A stretch of 64,000 bases of DNA from Sphingosinicella sp. (GCA_013816585.1 JACDEE010000004.1:3017-67016), one strand, 5' to 3'; numbered from the stretch's first letter, positions 1 through 10,818 are shown. Numbers and translations are program-made. Notes: generated from the letters alone by a model not told the origin.

Positions 1-14
1 GCGATCGGATCGCT

Positions 15-1004
15 GTGAGCGAAGGCCCGCTTACGCCGAGCGGGTCAATTCCGGACCTGGAAGCAGCGGCGCGGGACGCTCGCCCGGCGCGAGCGGTCGC
101 CGGTCCCTTGTCGATTACTTCGCCGCATATCCTGTTCCCTTTCATCCTGATCACCCTGATCTGGGGATCGACCTGGATCGTGATCCGCGACCAATTGGGT
201 GTTGTCCCGGCAAGCTGGTCGGTCACCTATCGTTTCCTGATCGCGGCCGCCGCGATGTTCGTGGTGGCCCGGGCAAGCGGCGCCTCTTTGCGGATCGGAC
301 GCGAAGGCCATATGCTCGCCGCCGCGTTCGGGCTTCCCCAATTCTTCCTCAATTTCAATTTCGTCTACGCCGCCGAACATCATATCACTTCGGGCCTGGT
401 GGCGGTCGTATTCGCGCTGCTGCTGGTCCCCAACAGCGCGCTGGCCTGGCTGTTCCTGAAACAGCGCGTCACCCGGCAATTCGCCATCGGATCGCTGGTC
501 GCCGCCATCGGAGTCGCCTTGCTGTTCGTGCAGGAAATGCGGGCGAGCGAGGCGGCGCCAGGTGAAGTGATGCTGGGCATCGGCCTTACCCTGCTGGGCG
601 TGCTCTGCGCCTCGTCCGCCAACGTCCTGCAGGCATCGGAGCGGCTGAAGCGGCGGCCCATGGCCAGCATGCTTGCCTGGGGAATGGTCTATGGCCTCAT
701 CGCCAATGCGGCCTGGGCGTTTTTCCTCAACGGCCCCCCTGTCGTGGAATACCGGCTGGGCTATTGGCTTGGGCTCCTCTATCTCGGCCTGATCGCTTCG
801 GCGCTGGCCTTCACCCTATATTTCGGCATTGTCCGCAAGATCGGGCCCGGAAAGGCGGCTTATTCCAGCATCCTGGTACCGGTCATCGCCATGGCACTTT
901 CGACGATCTTCGAAAATTATGTCTGGTCGACGTTGGCCGCGGCCGGCGGGGCGCTGGCAATGATCGGGATGGTCATAGCGCTGAAAGCGCGGAGCTCTGG
1001 CTGA
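15..1004 (+). CDS. EamA/DMT-family (drug/metabolite) transporter
   Basis: 329-aa ORF, multi-helix hydrophobic profile with two EamA-like halves. The start at 15 is close to the window edge, so the true start is uncertain. Confidence 0.8.
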   Translation: MSEGPLTPSGSIPDLEAAARDARPARAVAGPLSITSPHILFPFILITLIWGSTWIVIRDQLGVVPASWSVTYRFLIAAAAMFVVARASGASLRIGREGHMLAAAFGLPQFFLNFNFVYAAEHHITSGLVAVVFALLLVPNSALAWLFLKQRVTRQFAIGSLVAAIGVALLFVQEMRASEAAPGEVMLGIGLTLLGVLCASSANVLQASERLKRRPMASMLAWGMVYGLIANAAWAFFLNGPPVVEYRLGYWLGLLYLGLIASALAFTLYFGIVRKIGPGKAAYSSILVPVIAMALSTIFENYVWSTLAAAGGALAMIGMVIALKARSSG

Positions 1005-1021
1005 GGCCTATCTGGGCGGGT

Positions 1022-2500
1022 TCAGGATTCCCCATCGCCATCTGCCGGGAGAGTGAAGCAGAATGACGCGCCGCCATCCGGATCGTTTTCCGCCCAGATC
1101 TGTCCGCCATGACTTTCGACGATCGTCCGGGAAATGGAAAGGCCGAGGCCCAGCCCTTTCCCGGTGGGCGACTGCATCGGCGTGAAGACGTTGTTCTCCT
1201 GCCCGGGTTCGATTCCAGGGCCTATATCCTTCACCCTCACCACCGAATATTTGCCTTCGCGCCTGGCCGAAATCGTCAACTCGCGCCGTTCGCAATCCTT
1301 CATGATGTCCCAGGCGTTGCGGATCAGGTTCAGCAACACCTGTTCGGCCTGGACCGCATCGACCCTGACCAGGTCGGCTTCCTTGGCGATGTTCGTTCGC
1401 ACCGAGGACGCGTCGCCCCGGCCAATCGAAAAAAACAGCTTCAGCGCATCCTTCACCAATTGCTTCAGGGACGCGGACTCGGTTTGAAGCCCCTGTTGCG
1501 ACACCATGTTCCTGACGCGGCGGATAATCTCCCCCACCCGCTGAATCTGACGTTCCGCCTCCTCCAGCGCATGTTCCAGTCTGGAAGTGTCCGGATCGCC
1601 GGACTCCGCGATTCGCCGGCCGGCCCGCAGATAATTGGCGGCCGCGGCCAGCGGCTGGTTCAATTCATGGGCCAAAGTCCCCGCCATCGTGCCCATCGCG
1701 CTGAGCCTCGACACATGAATGATCTCCCGCTGCAATTCGACAAGTCTGACCTCCGCGGTTTTCATCTGGGTGATATCGCGCGAGACGACTGAGATTCCCA
1801 CCACCTGCCGATCTTCATCCACGACGGATGTCAGGGAAGTGTCCCACCATTTCGTCCGCCCTTCCGGGTCCGGATAGTTGGCCGTAAATTTGCCCGTCTC
1901 TCCCCCGAGCGCCTTGTCGAACGCGTCCTGCGCCTCTTTCAACCCGGGGACGAATTCCTCAACCCAGTTTCGGCCGACAATGCCTGCGGCCCTTTGGGGC
2001 GAAAGTTCGCGCTTGGCCGAATCATTCAAAAAGATGATCGTTGCGTCGAGGCCCAAAAGCACGATCGGGTCAGCGCTCGACCCGATAATGCTTCGGTTGA
2101 GCGCCTCGCTGACCGTCAGAGCCTCTCGAGTCATCTTGCGATCATGGATGTTGGTGCAGGTTCCGTACCAGGCCACGATTTTGCCGTTCTCGTCATATTG
2201 CGGCAGGCCGCGGCTGACGATCCACAAATATTCGCCGCTATGATGCCTCAGGCGATATTCTGCCTCGTAATTGCCCGTTTGCTGCGCTTCCTTCCATTGT
2301 GAGAGTGCGTGGTCCCGGTCGTCTGGATGGATTAGGGTCGCGCGGCCGTACGGCTTGCCAGACTCCATCTCGGTACCCGTGAATTCAATCCACTGGCGGT
2401 TATAATATTCCTTCCCGCCAGGTTCGTTGGCCCAAACCATCTGCGGCAGGCCATCGAGAATGTTTTGGAATCGCTCGAAATGGCTGGGCAGGTCCCGCAC
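1022..2500 (-). CDS. PAS-domain sensor histidine kinase
   Basis: 492 aa. Two PAS-like blocks (YYNRQWIEFTG, SRDITQMK), then an H-box (LAHELNQPL) and HATPase_c motifs (NLIRNA, DIGPGI, GKGLGLGLS). Confidence 0.85.
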   Translation of the reverse strand: MRDLPSHFERFQNILDGLPQMVWANEPGGKEYYNRQWIEFTGTEMESGKPYGRATLIHPDDRDHALSQWKEAQQTGNYEAEYRLRHHSGEYLWIVSRGLPQYDENGKIVAWYGTCTNIHDRKMTREALTVSEALNRSIIGSSADPIVLLGLDATIIFLNDSAKRELSPQRAAGIVGRNWVEEFVPGLKEAQDAFDKALGGETGKFTANYPDPEGRTKWWDTSLTSVVDEDRQVVGISVVSRDITQMKTAEVRLVELQREIIHVSRLSAMGTMAGTLAHELNQPLAAAANYLRAGRRIAESGDPDTSRLEHALEEAERQIQRVGEIIRRVRNMVSQQGLQTESASLKQLVKDALKLFFSIGRGDASSVRTNIAKEADLVRVDAVQAEQVLLNLIRNAWDIMKDCERRELTISARREGKYSVVRVKDIGPGIEPGQENNVFTPMQSPTGKGLGLGLSISRTIVESHGGQIWAENDPDGGASFCFTLPADGDGES

Positions 2501-2670
2501 TTTAAAACCCGACCAATGGATTCAACGACATTCACATCCTCTATTCGGTACCATTACTGTCACGATGCCAGCGTAGGTCAACTCTCTATAATCGCATGAA
2601 TCCGAAAGTGCGGAGTTCCGGTTTGCCCGGCCGCATTGCGCGCCTGCACACACGCGCCTAGATTGATTTC

Positions 2671-5253
2671 ATGCCCCAGATTCTGAATATGCCCGCCACG
2701 ATCCGCCGCGAGGATTACCGGCCGCCCGACTGGCTGATCCCCGAGATCGCGCTCGAATTCCACCTGGCCGCCGAAATCACGACGGTCAGATCGACGCTGA
2801 AGGTCGAACGGAACGGCGCGCATGACCGGCCACTTCGGCTGGATGCCGAGGCCCTGGATTTGGTCAGCGTCGAAGTCGACGGCGAGCCCGCAAGGTACAG
2901 CCTGGAAGACGAAGTCCTGACCGTGCACCTCGATGACAGCTCCGCCGTCGTGACGACCGCCACCAGGATCGCGCCGCGCGAAAATTCACAATTGATGGGC
3001 CTTTACGAATCGGGCTGCATATTGTGCACGCAGTGCGAAGCACAGGGTTTCAGGCGGATCACGCCTTTTCCCGACCGGCCCGACATATTGTCGCGCTATC
3101 GAGTCAGGATGGAGGCGGACAAGACGCTCTATCCCATCTTGCTTTCCAACGGCGACCCGGTCGCGGCAGGCGATCTGGAAGGCGGCAGGCACTGGGCCGA
3201 ATATAACGACCCCTTCCCCAAGCCCTGCTATCTGTTCGCGATCGTTGCCGGCGATCTTGCCGCCAATCGCGATCATTTCATCACCCGGTCAGGCAAGGAA
3301 GCGGAGCTCGGCATCTGGGTGCGCGAGCAGGATCTGCCCCGGACGAGCCACGCGATGCACGCCCTGAAGACCGCCATGGCGTGGGACGAAAAGGTCTATG
3401 GCCGCGAATATGACCTGGATGTGTTCAACATCGTCGCGGTCGCCGATTTCAATTTCGGGGCGATGGAGAATAAGGGCCTCAACGTCTTCAATTCGCGTTA
3501 CGTGCTGGCCGATCCGGATACGGCAACCGATGCCGATTACGATTCCGTGGCGGGCGTGGTCGCGCACGAATATTTCCACAATTGGTCGGGCAACCGCGTC
3601 ACTTGCCGCGACTGGTTCCAATTGAGCCTGAAGGAAGGCTTCACCGTTTTCCGCGACCAGCAATTTTCCGCCGATCAGGGATCGGAGGCGGTCAAGAGGA
3701 TCCAGGACGTGCGCGTGCTTCGGTCCTCGCAATTCCAGGAAGATGGGGGACCGCTCGCCCATCCGGTCCGGCCTGAATCCTATATCGAGATATCCAATTT
3801 CTACACCGCGACGGTGTATAATAAGGGCGCCGAACTGATCCGGATGCTCCACACGATATTGGGGCCGGAGAAATTCCGCGCGGGCACCGACCTTTATTTC
3901 CAACGCCACGACGGCGAGGCGGCGACCTGCGAAGATTTCGTGCGCGCGATGGAAGAGGCCGGTGAGACCGACCTGGGGCGTTTCCGTACATGGTACGAAC
4001 AAGCGGGAACGCCGCGCGTGAAGGCGGCGCTCACCCACGAGACGGCTGGCGGGCGAGCCCATTTGACCCTGGAGCAGCATTTACCCGCCACGCCGGGGCA
4101 GCCTGAAAAGAAACCGATGCCCATCCCTTTGAAGATCGCCTTGTTCGGCGAACTGAAGGGCGCAAAACTCGCCGAGCGGCTGGTATTGCTGGAGGATCAG
4201 GCGCTGGAGCTGACCTTCGACGATGTAGGCGAACGGCCGATATTATCGATCAACCGCGATTTCTCCGCGCCGGTGATTGTCGAAACAGCGAGAAGCGCCG
4301 ACGATCTGGCCTTCCTTTCGGCCAAAGACGACAATCCCTTCGCGCGGTTCGAGGCCATGCAGCAATTGATGCTCGATACCATGGTCGCTTCGGTGATGGG
4401 CCAGGCGGTCGACCATCGCCCGGTGATCGAAGCGGTTCGCGAGACGCTGGGCGATGCGGCGCTGGACCCGGCCTTCGTTGCCGAAACCGTCTTGTTGCCG
4501 AGCGAGGCCTTCGTTGGCGATCATATGCCGGAGGTAGAGCCAGAGGCGATCCATACCGCGCGCGAGGCATTGAGGGGCGATTTGGGCCATGAGCTCGAAA
4601 CCCTGTGGCGTGCGGCCTATCAGGCGACGTCGCTGGCCAAAAGGTTTGAATATTCATCGGTGGCCAAGGGGGCCCGGCGCCTGCGCAGCGTGTCGCTGGG
4701 CTATCTTGCCGCTTCAAAGGCCGATGACGCTGCCGCGATCGCGATGCGCCAGTATGAGCTGGCCGACAATATGACCGACCGGCAGGGAGCGCTTACCACG
4801 CTCGCCAACAGCGACTCGGCCGAGAGGCCCCGGGCGCTTGCCGCCTTTTACGACCGCTATCGGAATGACGATCTTGTGCTCGACAAATGGTTCACCACCC
4901 AGGCCCTGTCGACCCGGGACGACACGCTGGCAACCGTCCAGGCGCTCGCCCGGCACCCGGACTTTACGCTCAACAACCCGAACCGACTTCGTTCTTTGGT
5001 GTTGGCCTTCGCGGCAAATCAACGCGCTTTCCATTCGGGGTCCGGCGCCGGCTATCGGTTTTTGGCGGACATGATCCTGGCGGTAGAGAAGCTCAATCCG
5101 CAAACAGCGGCGAAACTGGTGCCGCCCTTGGGTCGCTGGCGCCGGTTCGGTGAGGTGCGCGGAACCTTGATGCGCGCCGAGCTCCAGCGGATCGTCGAAA
5201 CGCAGGGCCTGTCAAAGGACGTGTTCGAACAAGCCTCGAAAAGCCTGGGCTAG
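2671..5253 (+). CDS. pepN: aminopeptidase N (M1 zinc metallopeptidase)
   Basis: 860 aa. GAMEN motif (FGAMENKG), the zinc site HEYFHNWSGNRVT with downstream E (WFQLSLKEGFTVF), and a PepN-type C-terminal domain. Confidence 0.95.
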   Translation: MPQILNMPATIRREDYRPPDWLIPEIALEFHLAAEITTVRSTLKVERNGAHDRPLRLDAEALDLVSVEVDGEPARYSLEDEVLTVHLDDSSAVVTTATRIAPRENSQLMGLYESGCILCTQCEAQGFRRITPFPDRPDILSRYRVRMEADKTLYPILLSNGDPVAAGDLEGGRHWAEYNDPFPKPCYLFAIVAGDLAANRDHFITRSGKEAELGIWVREQDLPRTSHAMHALKTAMAWDEKVYGREYDLDVFNIVAVADFNFGAMENKGLNVFNSRYVLADPDTATDADYDSVAGVVAHEYFHNWSGNRVTCRDWFQLSLKEGFTVFRDQQFSADQGSEAVKRIQDVRVLRSSQFQEDGGPLAHPVRPESYIEISNFYTATVYNKGAELIRMLHTILGPEKFRAGTDLYFQRHDGEAATCEDFVRAMEEAGETDLGRFRTWYEQAGTPRVKAALTHETAGGRAHLTLEQHLPATPGQPEKKPMPIPLKIALFGELKGAKLAERLVLLEDQALELTFDDVGERPILSINRDFSAPVIVETARSADDLAFLSAKDDNPFARFEAMQQLMLDTMVASVMGQAVDHRPVIEAVRETLGDAALDPAFVAETVLLPSEAFVGDHMPEVEPEAIHTAREALRGDLGHELETLWRAAYQATSLAKRFEYSSVAKGARRLRSVSLGYLAASKADDAAAIAMRQYELADNMTDRQGALTTLANSDSAERPRALAAFYDRYRNDDLVLDKWFTTQALSTRDDTLATVQALARHPDFTLNNPNRLRSLVLAFAANQRAFHSGSGAGYRFLADMILAVEKLNPQTAAKLVPPLGRWRRFGEVRGTLMRAELQRIVETQGLSKDVFEQASKSLG

Positions 5254-5276
5254 CGGCCGGGATCAGCCGTTGAGGG

Positions 5277-5855
5277 CTAGCGTCCAACCCAGTCGGCGAC
5301 TTGCGCCGCGACCTGGTTGGCAGCGGTGTTGAGGGCGGGTGCGACCGAGGCGCGGTCTGCCGCGGCCACGGGAACCCGAGCCTCGAACCGGCGAGTGGTC
5401 ACTTGCTCCGCCCCGCGTGCCAGCGCCGCATCATAGGTCACCACCGCCTCCATACGCTGCGCATCGAGGCCGAATGCCTGTAGCTGGCCGGTCAGGCGAT
5501 TTCCCGGGTTAAAGCTGAACTGGAGCGGATCGAGCACCACCCGCCCAGTGCGCGCGCCTATCGTTTCCGACAGCAACCGGCGGAACAACTGGTCCGGCGA
5601 ATCCGCCCAGAAGGCTTCTTTGAGATAAGCGAGCGACTGGCCGTTCATGACCGGGATACGGGTAGTTGCCAGGGCCTGCGGAACCGACGGGCGAACCACC
5701 GTGATCGCATTTTCGGGCGACGAGGTGGTTGCGGCTGCGACCGGCAGCACCTGGTCAGGGGTAAGGGTCAACAGCAGATCGGGCGCCTTGCCGCCAAGGC
5801 CGCAGGCGGAAGTTGCGAGGATGGCCAAAGCCAGGAAGGGAAGCTTAGCTTTCAT
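5277..5855 (-). CDS. ABC-type transport auxiliary lipoprotein (DUF330/YmbA-like), Mla/Mce system component
   Basis: 192 aa with a lipobox-type signal (LAILATSAC). Lies 3 nt downstream of the MlaD-like gene in the same operon. Confidence 0.7.
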   Translation of the reverse strand: MKAKLPFLALAILATSACGLGGKAPDLLLTLTPDQVLPVAAATTSSPENAITVVRPSVPQALATTRIPVMNGQSLAYLKEAFWADSPDQLFRRLLSETIGARTGRVVLDPLQFSFNPGNRLTGQLQAFGLDAQRMEAVVTYDAALARGAEQVTTRRFEARVPVAAADRASVAPALNTAANQVAAQVADWVGR

Positions 5856-5858
5856 GTC

Positions 5859-6803
5859 TCATTCCGGCTTGTAAGTGGGAAGCTTGTCGCCGCCGATCAG
5901 CCCGCCAATGCCCTGGCGATCGACCTTCGTCGTGATGCTGTTCAAATTCTCGGTCGTCTCACGCAGATCGCGAACCAGCAGGCCGATTTCGGGAATGGTC
6001 TGTTTGGTCAGCGCATCGATGCCGGGGCGAGCATCGGTGAGCAAGGAGTCGAGATTCTTCATACTGGTCTCCGCCGCGCGGATGGTGTGGCGCAGGTCGT
6101 TGACCAGAGGCTTGCCGTCCGCATTCAGGAGCTGTTCGGTCGAACCGGCCACTCGTTCGAAGGAGGCGGCGGCGCGACCGGCCTGGGCAATGGCAAGGCG
6201 CGCCTCGGCCAGGGTGGCGGCGATTTCGGGAGAGCGGTCGGCGAGGGAGTCGGTGATTTCCTGGGTATTGGCCAGGATGCCCTTGATCGACTTCTGATTA
6301 TCCTCGTCGAGCGTCTCCGAAAGCCGCTCCGTCAGGGTCGAAACCCGTTCGAGCAATTCGGGAGCGCTGTTGAGCAACTCGCCCAGCGCGCCGGGCTTGG
6401 TCGGGATGACGGGAACGCCATAAGGGCCCTTCTCGGTGATCGGGGGTGCTCCCCGTGCGGCGCCGTCCAGCTGGATCTGCGAGACGCCCGTAAAACCAAC
6501 GCCCTGGATCGTCGCTGTGGTGCCCTGCAATACCGGCGTGTCGGATCGGATGGAAATACGGACCCGGACGAATTCCGGGCTGTTCGGCTCAAGCCCGATC
6601 AGTTCGACCTGGCCGACGGGCACGCCCGAAAAGCTCACGACCGACCCTTTGGCAAGGCCATCGACGGCCTGTTTGAAGAAGATGTCGTATTTCTTGGTGT
6701 CGTCGCCCGACACCTGGCTGAGCCAGATGATGAAGGCCACGACGGCGACGATCATCGCCAGCACGACGCCGCCGACGAGAATATGGTTGGAGCGCGTCTC
6801 CAT
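5859..6803 (-). CDS. MlaD/Mce-family substrate-binding protein
   Basis: 314 aa. N-terminal TM anchor (ILVGGVVLAMIVAVVAFIIWL), an MCE domain and a coiled-coil C-terminus. Its start overlaps the stop of the upstream ATPase gene. Confidence 0.85.
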   Translation of the reverse strand: METRSNHILVGGVVLAMIVAVVAFIIWLSQVSGDDTKKYDIFFKQAVDGLAKGSVVSFSGVPVGQVELIGLEPNSPEFVRVRISIRSDTPVLQGTTATIQGVGFTGVSQIQLDGAARGAPPITEKGPYGVPVIPTKPGALGELLNSAPELLERVSTLTERLSETLDEDNQKSIKGILANTQEITDSLADRSPEIAATLAEARLAIAQAGRAAASFERVAGSTEQLLNADGKPLVNDLRHTIRAAETSMKNLDSLLTDARPGIDALTKQTIPEIGLLVRDLRETTENLNSITTKVDRQGIGGLIGGDKLPTYKPE

Positions 6804-7594
6804 CAGCGGTCAGCGTCCTTTGCTATCGTTGCAGCCGCGCGTCCGCGCGGTCCCTTGAAATATTCCTGTATCCATTCATGGTCCAAAGCCAATAGTTCCG
6901 GAATCGTTCCAACCGCCACCACCTTATGATCGGCGAGCACCGCGACACGGTCGCAGATGGCGTACAATGTGTCGAGGTCGTGCGTGATCAGAAACACGGT
7001 GAGGCCCAACGCGTCGCGAAGGTCCTTGATCAGCTGGTCGAACGCCGCCGCGCCGATCGGATCGAGGCCCGCGGTGGGCTCGTCGAGGAACAACAGCTCC
7101 GGATCCAGCGCCAAAGCGCGCGCAATGCCGGCGCGTTTGCGCATGCCGCCGGACAATTCGGAAGGATATTTGGGCCCGGTTTCTGCGGGAAGACCCGTCA
7201 TCACGATCTTGTACGCGGCTATCTCATCCAGCAATTGCCCCTCGATCCGCGGGAAATATTCGCGAATCGGGACCTGGACGTTCTCGGCCACGGTCAGGGT
7301 TGAGAATAAGGCTCCGCCCTGGAACAATATCCCCCAACGCCGGCGGATATGCTTGGCTTCGTTTTCCTCGCGGTCCAGCATCGGCTCCCCAAAGACCTCG
7401 ACCTCGCCCTCATCCGGCCGTTGCAATCCGATGATCGAGCGCATCAGCACCGATTTGCCAGTGCCCGAGCCGCCGACCACCCCAAAAATCTCGCCGCGCC
7501 GGACCTCCAGGTCCAGCCCTTCATGCACCAATTGGTCGCCGAAGCTGTTCTTGAGGCCCCTGACCTCGATGATCGGTTCGCCCTTGCCCTTCAT
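6803..7594 (-). CDS. ABC transporter ATP-binding protein (MlaF-like)
   Basis: Walker A GGSGTGKS, signature LSGGMRKR, Walker B LLFLDEPT. I take the start at MKGKGEPIIEV (ATG 7594, ATGA overlap with the permease stop). The longer 496-aa ORF extension is Arg/Pro-rich shadow sequence. Confidence 0.9.
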   Translation of the reverse strand: MKGKGEPIIEVRGLKNSFGDQLVHEGLDLEVRRGEIFGVVGGSGTGKSVLMRSIIGLQRPDEGEVEVFGEPMLDREENEAKHIRRRWGILFQGGALFSTLTVAENVQVPIREYFPRIEGQLLDEIAAYKIVMTGLPAETGPKYPSELSGGMRKRAGIARALALDPELLFLDEPTAGLDPIGAAAFDQLIKDLRDALGLTVFLITHDLDTLYAICDRVAVLADHKVVAVGTIPELLALDHEWIQEYFKGPRGRAAATIAKDADR

Positions 7595-8742
7595 AGCCAG
7601 CCGATCGCGGTGAAGAAGACGGCGAAGACGGCGTCGAGCACGATCACCAGGAAAATGCCTTGGACGACGGCGGTGGTCGTCCTGAGGCCGACCGATTCGG
7701 CATTTCCTTCCACCTGGAGGCCCTGGAAGCAGCCGGCCATGGCGATGATCAGGCCGAATACAGGCGCCTTTATCAACGCCTGCCAGAGGTCGGTCATGGG
7801 AACGACTTCGCGAATGCGCTGGATGAAGGTGATGGGCGGAATTCCGATATCGGCCCAGACGAATATGCCGCCGCCGAGCATCGCCAGCAAGGCGGCGTAG
7901 AAAGCCAGGAGCGGCATCACCAGCACGGTCGAAAGGACGCGCGGCATGACCAACGCCTCCATCGGCGAGACTCCGATGGTGCGCATCGCGTCGATTTCCT
8001 CGGCAAGCTTCATCGATCCGATTTGCGCTGCAAAGGCCGAGCCCGAACGGCCGGCGACCATGATCGCGGTCATCAGTACTCCCAATTCCTTGACCGCGCT
8101 GCGTCCGACCAGATTGATCGTGAACACTTCGGCACCAAACTGGCGAAGCTGGACCGCACCCTGCTGAGCGATCACGATCCCGACCAGGAAGCTCATCAGG
8201 CCGATAATGCCCAACGAATGGACACCCACCACTTCGAATTGCTGAACCACCGCGTTCATACGGAAGCGACGAGGGTTTTTCATCAACTGCCACGCGGAGA
8301 GGAGAAGGGCCCCGAAAAAGCCAAGCAGCCCCACCATGGTCGTGCCCGCGGTAGCGGTCGCTGCGCCCATCTGGGTCAATACCCGCTGAAACGGATTGGT
8401 CCGATCGGGGCGCACCTTGACCGGCACATCCGCGTTCCCGACCTGCTCGATCAGAGCCGCCTGCTCGTCGTTCGCGCCGGTCAGTTCGGCCTTGCGATCA
8501 CGAATGAGCTTGTAGATCAGCCAGGCGCCGACCGTGTCCATTCGGCCCACGTCAGACAGATCGACTGCGAGTTTTTGAGCGTTCACCTCGTTAAGCCGTT
8601 CGGGCAAACGTCCCAATCGGGCGAGCGTGAGGTTGCCGCTAAAGCGCAGCAAAAGGCCGTCGCCCTTCGTTTCTTCTTCAGTAAAAGTGGCGACTGAGGT
8701 CATTGGATGTGAAGGATGCGTCAATTGGCCCCGGCAACGCAA
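7591..8742 (-). CDS. MlaE-family ABC permease with N-terminal STAS-like domain
   Basis: 383-aa ORF with an STAS-like N-terminus (LRFSGNLTLARL...) followed by a multi-TM MlaE-type permease core. Alternative start at 8703 (MTSVATF). Confidence 0.85.
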   Translation of the reverse strand: MRCRGQLTHPSHPMTSVATFTEEETKGDGLLLRFSGNLTLARLGRLPERLNEVNAQKLAVDLSDVGRMDTVGAWLIYKLIRDRKAELTGANDEQAALIEQVGNADVPVKVRPDRTNPFQRVLTQMGAATATAGTTMVGLLGFFGALLLSAWQLMKNPRRFRMNAVVQQFEVVGVHSLGIIGLMSFLVGIVIAQQGAVQLRQFGAEVFTINLVGRSAVKELGVLMTAIMVAGRSGSAFAAQIGSMKLAEEIDAMRTIGVSPMEALVMPRVLSTVLVMPLLAFYAALLAMLGGGIFVWADIGIPPITFIQRIREVVPMTDLWQALIKAPVFGLIIAMAGCFQGLQVEGNAESVGLRTTTAVVQGIFLVIVLDAVFAVFFTAIGWL

Positions 8743-8766
8743 GCAGGATGCGTGGTATAAGGATAG

Positions 8767-9507
8767 TTGGGTGGACAGGGCCTACGCATCTGTGCTTGCG
8801 AAAGTTCCGTGAAAAGCCAGCTTGCCATTTACGACATGGACCGAACGATCACCCGTCGGGCGACCTATACGCCCTTCCTGATCCATGCCGCGTTGCAGCT
8901 GGCGCCCTGGCGGCTGATCCTGCTGCCCTTCGTCATATTGTCGATGCTGGCTTATGTCATGAAGCTGATCGAGCGCGGCCGGCTGAAGGAAATCAATTAC
9001 ACTTTGCTGATCGGGCGCGGGATCGCGCCTGAGAAACTGGATCCTGTGATCCAGAGCTTCGCCGACCGGCAGATCGCCAATAACATCATGCCCGGCGCCC
9101 GGGCGGCGATTGCGGCGGACCGCGCGGCGGGGCGGCGACTGGTAATGGCGACCGCTTCCTACCGCCTCTATGCGGCCGCGATCGCCGAACGATTGGGTTT
9201 CAACGATGTGATCGCCACCGAAACCCAATATGACGGCAAGGGCCGCATCATCGCCAGGATCGACGGCGCCAATTGCTATGGCGACCACAAACTGGCGATG
9301 ATCCAGGCCTGGCTACAGCGCGAGGGGCTGGAGCGCGAGGCCGTGCATATCCGCTTTTATTCGGACCATATTTCCGATTCCGTGGTCCACCATTGGTCGG
9401 ATGAGCCCGTGGCCGCCAACGCGCACGACCGGCTGGTCCGTCTGGCCGAGGCCGAAGGCTGGGAAGTGCATGATTGGAGCCGCGAGGCGGCCGAGCCGCC
9501 CCGCTAA
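8767..9507 (+). CDS. HAD-IB family hydrolase/phosphatase
   Basis: HAD motif I DMDRTIT near the N-terminus, with a cap and C-terminal HAD motifs. The start is probably the in-frame GTG at 8809 rather than 8767. Confidence 0.75.
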   Translation: MGGQGLRICACESSVKSQLAIYDMDRTITRRATYTPFLIHAALQLAPWRLILLPFVILSMLAYVMKLIERGRLKEINYTLLIGRGIAPEKLDPVIQSFADRQIANNIMPGARAAIAADRAAGRRLVMATASYRLYAAAIAERLGFNDVIATETQYDGKGRIIARIDGANCYGDHKLAMIQAWLQREGLEREAVHIRFYSDHISDSVVHHWSDEPVAANAHDRLVRLAEAEGWEVHDWSREAAEPPR

Positions 9508-9510
9508 GGC

Positions 9511-10818
9511 TCAGATCGCGCTCAGCGCCTGTTCGAAATCGGCGACCAGATCGTCGGGATCTTCCACGCCGATCGAAATCCGAACGAGATTGTCGGTGAT
9601 GCCGAGCGCGGCCTTGCGTTCGTCGGGCACCGACAAGTGAGTCATGGCCGCCGGCGCGCTCGCCAGGGTTTCGGTTCCGCCCAAGCTGACCGCCAGCTTG
9701 GAGATCTTCAGCGCGTCGAGGAAGGCGAAGGATTCGCGTTCGCCGCCCCGCAGGTAAAGCGAGAAGGTCGAACCCGCGCCAGTGCAATGGCGGCGGTAAA
9801 TGTCGGCCTGCCGGTCGTTGCTGAGGAAACCCAGATAGCCGACCGTCTCGACCTTTGGCTGATCGCGAAGGAAGGCACAGACCTTGGCGGCATTTTCGCC
9901 AGCGCGGCTCATCCGCAATTCCAGCGTCTCCAGGCTTCTAAGCAGCATCCAGGCGCTGTTGGGATCGGTGATGGTGCCGATCGTGTTGCGCATCATCCGG
10001 ATCGGATTGATGAGCGCGTTGGAACCGACCACGCCGCCCGCAACCAGATCGCTATGGCCGCCGGCATATTTGGTGAGCGAATAGACCGAAAGATCGGCGC
10101 CATGGTCGAGCGGCTTGGACCAGAGCGGCCCGAGGAACGTATTGTCGATCGCGATCGGCGGACGCTGATCTTCGCCGGCGAAGAGCGTTTCGCGCGCGGC
10201 GGCGACCGCCTGGACATCCACCAGGACATTGGTCGGGTTGGCCGGGCTTTCGAGATAGATGAGCGATACGCGACCCATCGACTTGGCGCGCGAAATCACT
10301 TCTTCAATTTCGCTCTGTTCGGCGCCGGCCGGGAAATCCAGCCATTTGACTCCGAACTTGCCGAGGATCCGGCCGATCAGAGTCTCGGTCGCGGCATAAA
10401 GCGGCCCCGAATGGACGATCACGTCGCCCGGCTGGACGAAGGTCAGGAGCAAGGTGGCGATGGCCGACATGCCGCTGGAGAAGGTCAGCGCGTCCTCGGC
10501 ATCTTCCCAGACGGCGAGGCGGTCCTCCAATATTTCCTGATTGGGGCCGTTGAAGCGCGAATAGACGAGGCCTTCCGCGCCGCCGGGCCGTTTGCCGGTC
10601 ACGCCCTCGAAATGGCGTTTGCCGGCGGCGGCGTTTTCAAAGACGAAGGTCGAGGTCAGGAAAATGGGTGGTTTAAGCGATCCTTCCGACAGCGCCGGAT
10701 CGAAGCCATGGCCCATCATCAGGGTAGAAGGCTTCAGCTTGCGCCCGTTTATTTCCAGCACATCCGCTTTGGGACGGCGGCGTGGCGTGGCGCCGGTGAG
10801 GTCGGATTCGTCGGTCAT
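9511..10818 (-). CDS. Cys/Met-metabolism PLP-dependent enzyme (cystathionine gamma-synthase/gamma-lyase family)
   Basis: PLP-lysine context SLTKYAGGHSD and overall family-like sequence. Start taken at MTDESDL (ATG 10818); the longer ORF start at 10914 is unlikely. Confidence 0.85.
   Translation of the reverse strand: MTDESDLTGATPRRRPKADVLEINGRKLKPSTLMMGHGFDPALSEGSLKPPIFLTSTFVFENAAAGKRHFEGVTGKRPGGAEGLVYSRFNGPNQEILEDRLAVWEDAEDALTFSSGMSAIATLLLTFVQPGDVIVHSGPLYAATETLIGRILGKFGVKWLDFPAGAEQSEIEEVISRAKSMGRVSLIYLESPANPTNVLVDVQAVAAARETLFAGEDQRPPIAIDNTFLGPLWSKPLDHGADLSVYSLTKYAGGHSDLVAGGVVGSNALINPIRMMRNTIGTITDPNSAWMLLRSLETLELRMSRAGENAAKVCAFLRDQPKVETVGYLGFLSNDRQADIYRRHCTGAGSTFSLYLRGGERESFAFLDALKISKLAVSLGGTETLASAPAAMTHLSVPDERKAALGITDNLVRISIGVEDPDDLVADFEQALSAI

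Noticed and set aside
7595-8293. N-terminal extension making the MlaF-like ATPase 496 aa
   Set aside because: The extension overlaps the MlaE-like permease gene and is Arg/Gly/His-rich. An ATG at 7594 with an ATGA overlap gives a normal 263-aa ABC ATPase.
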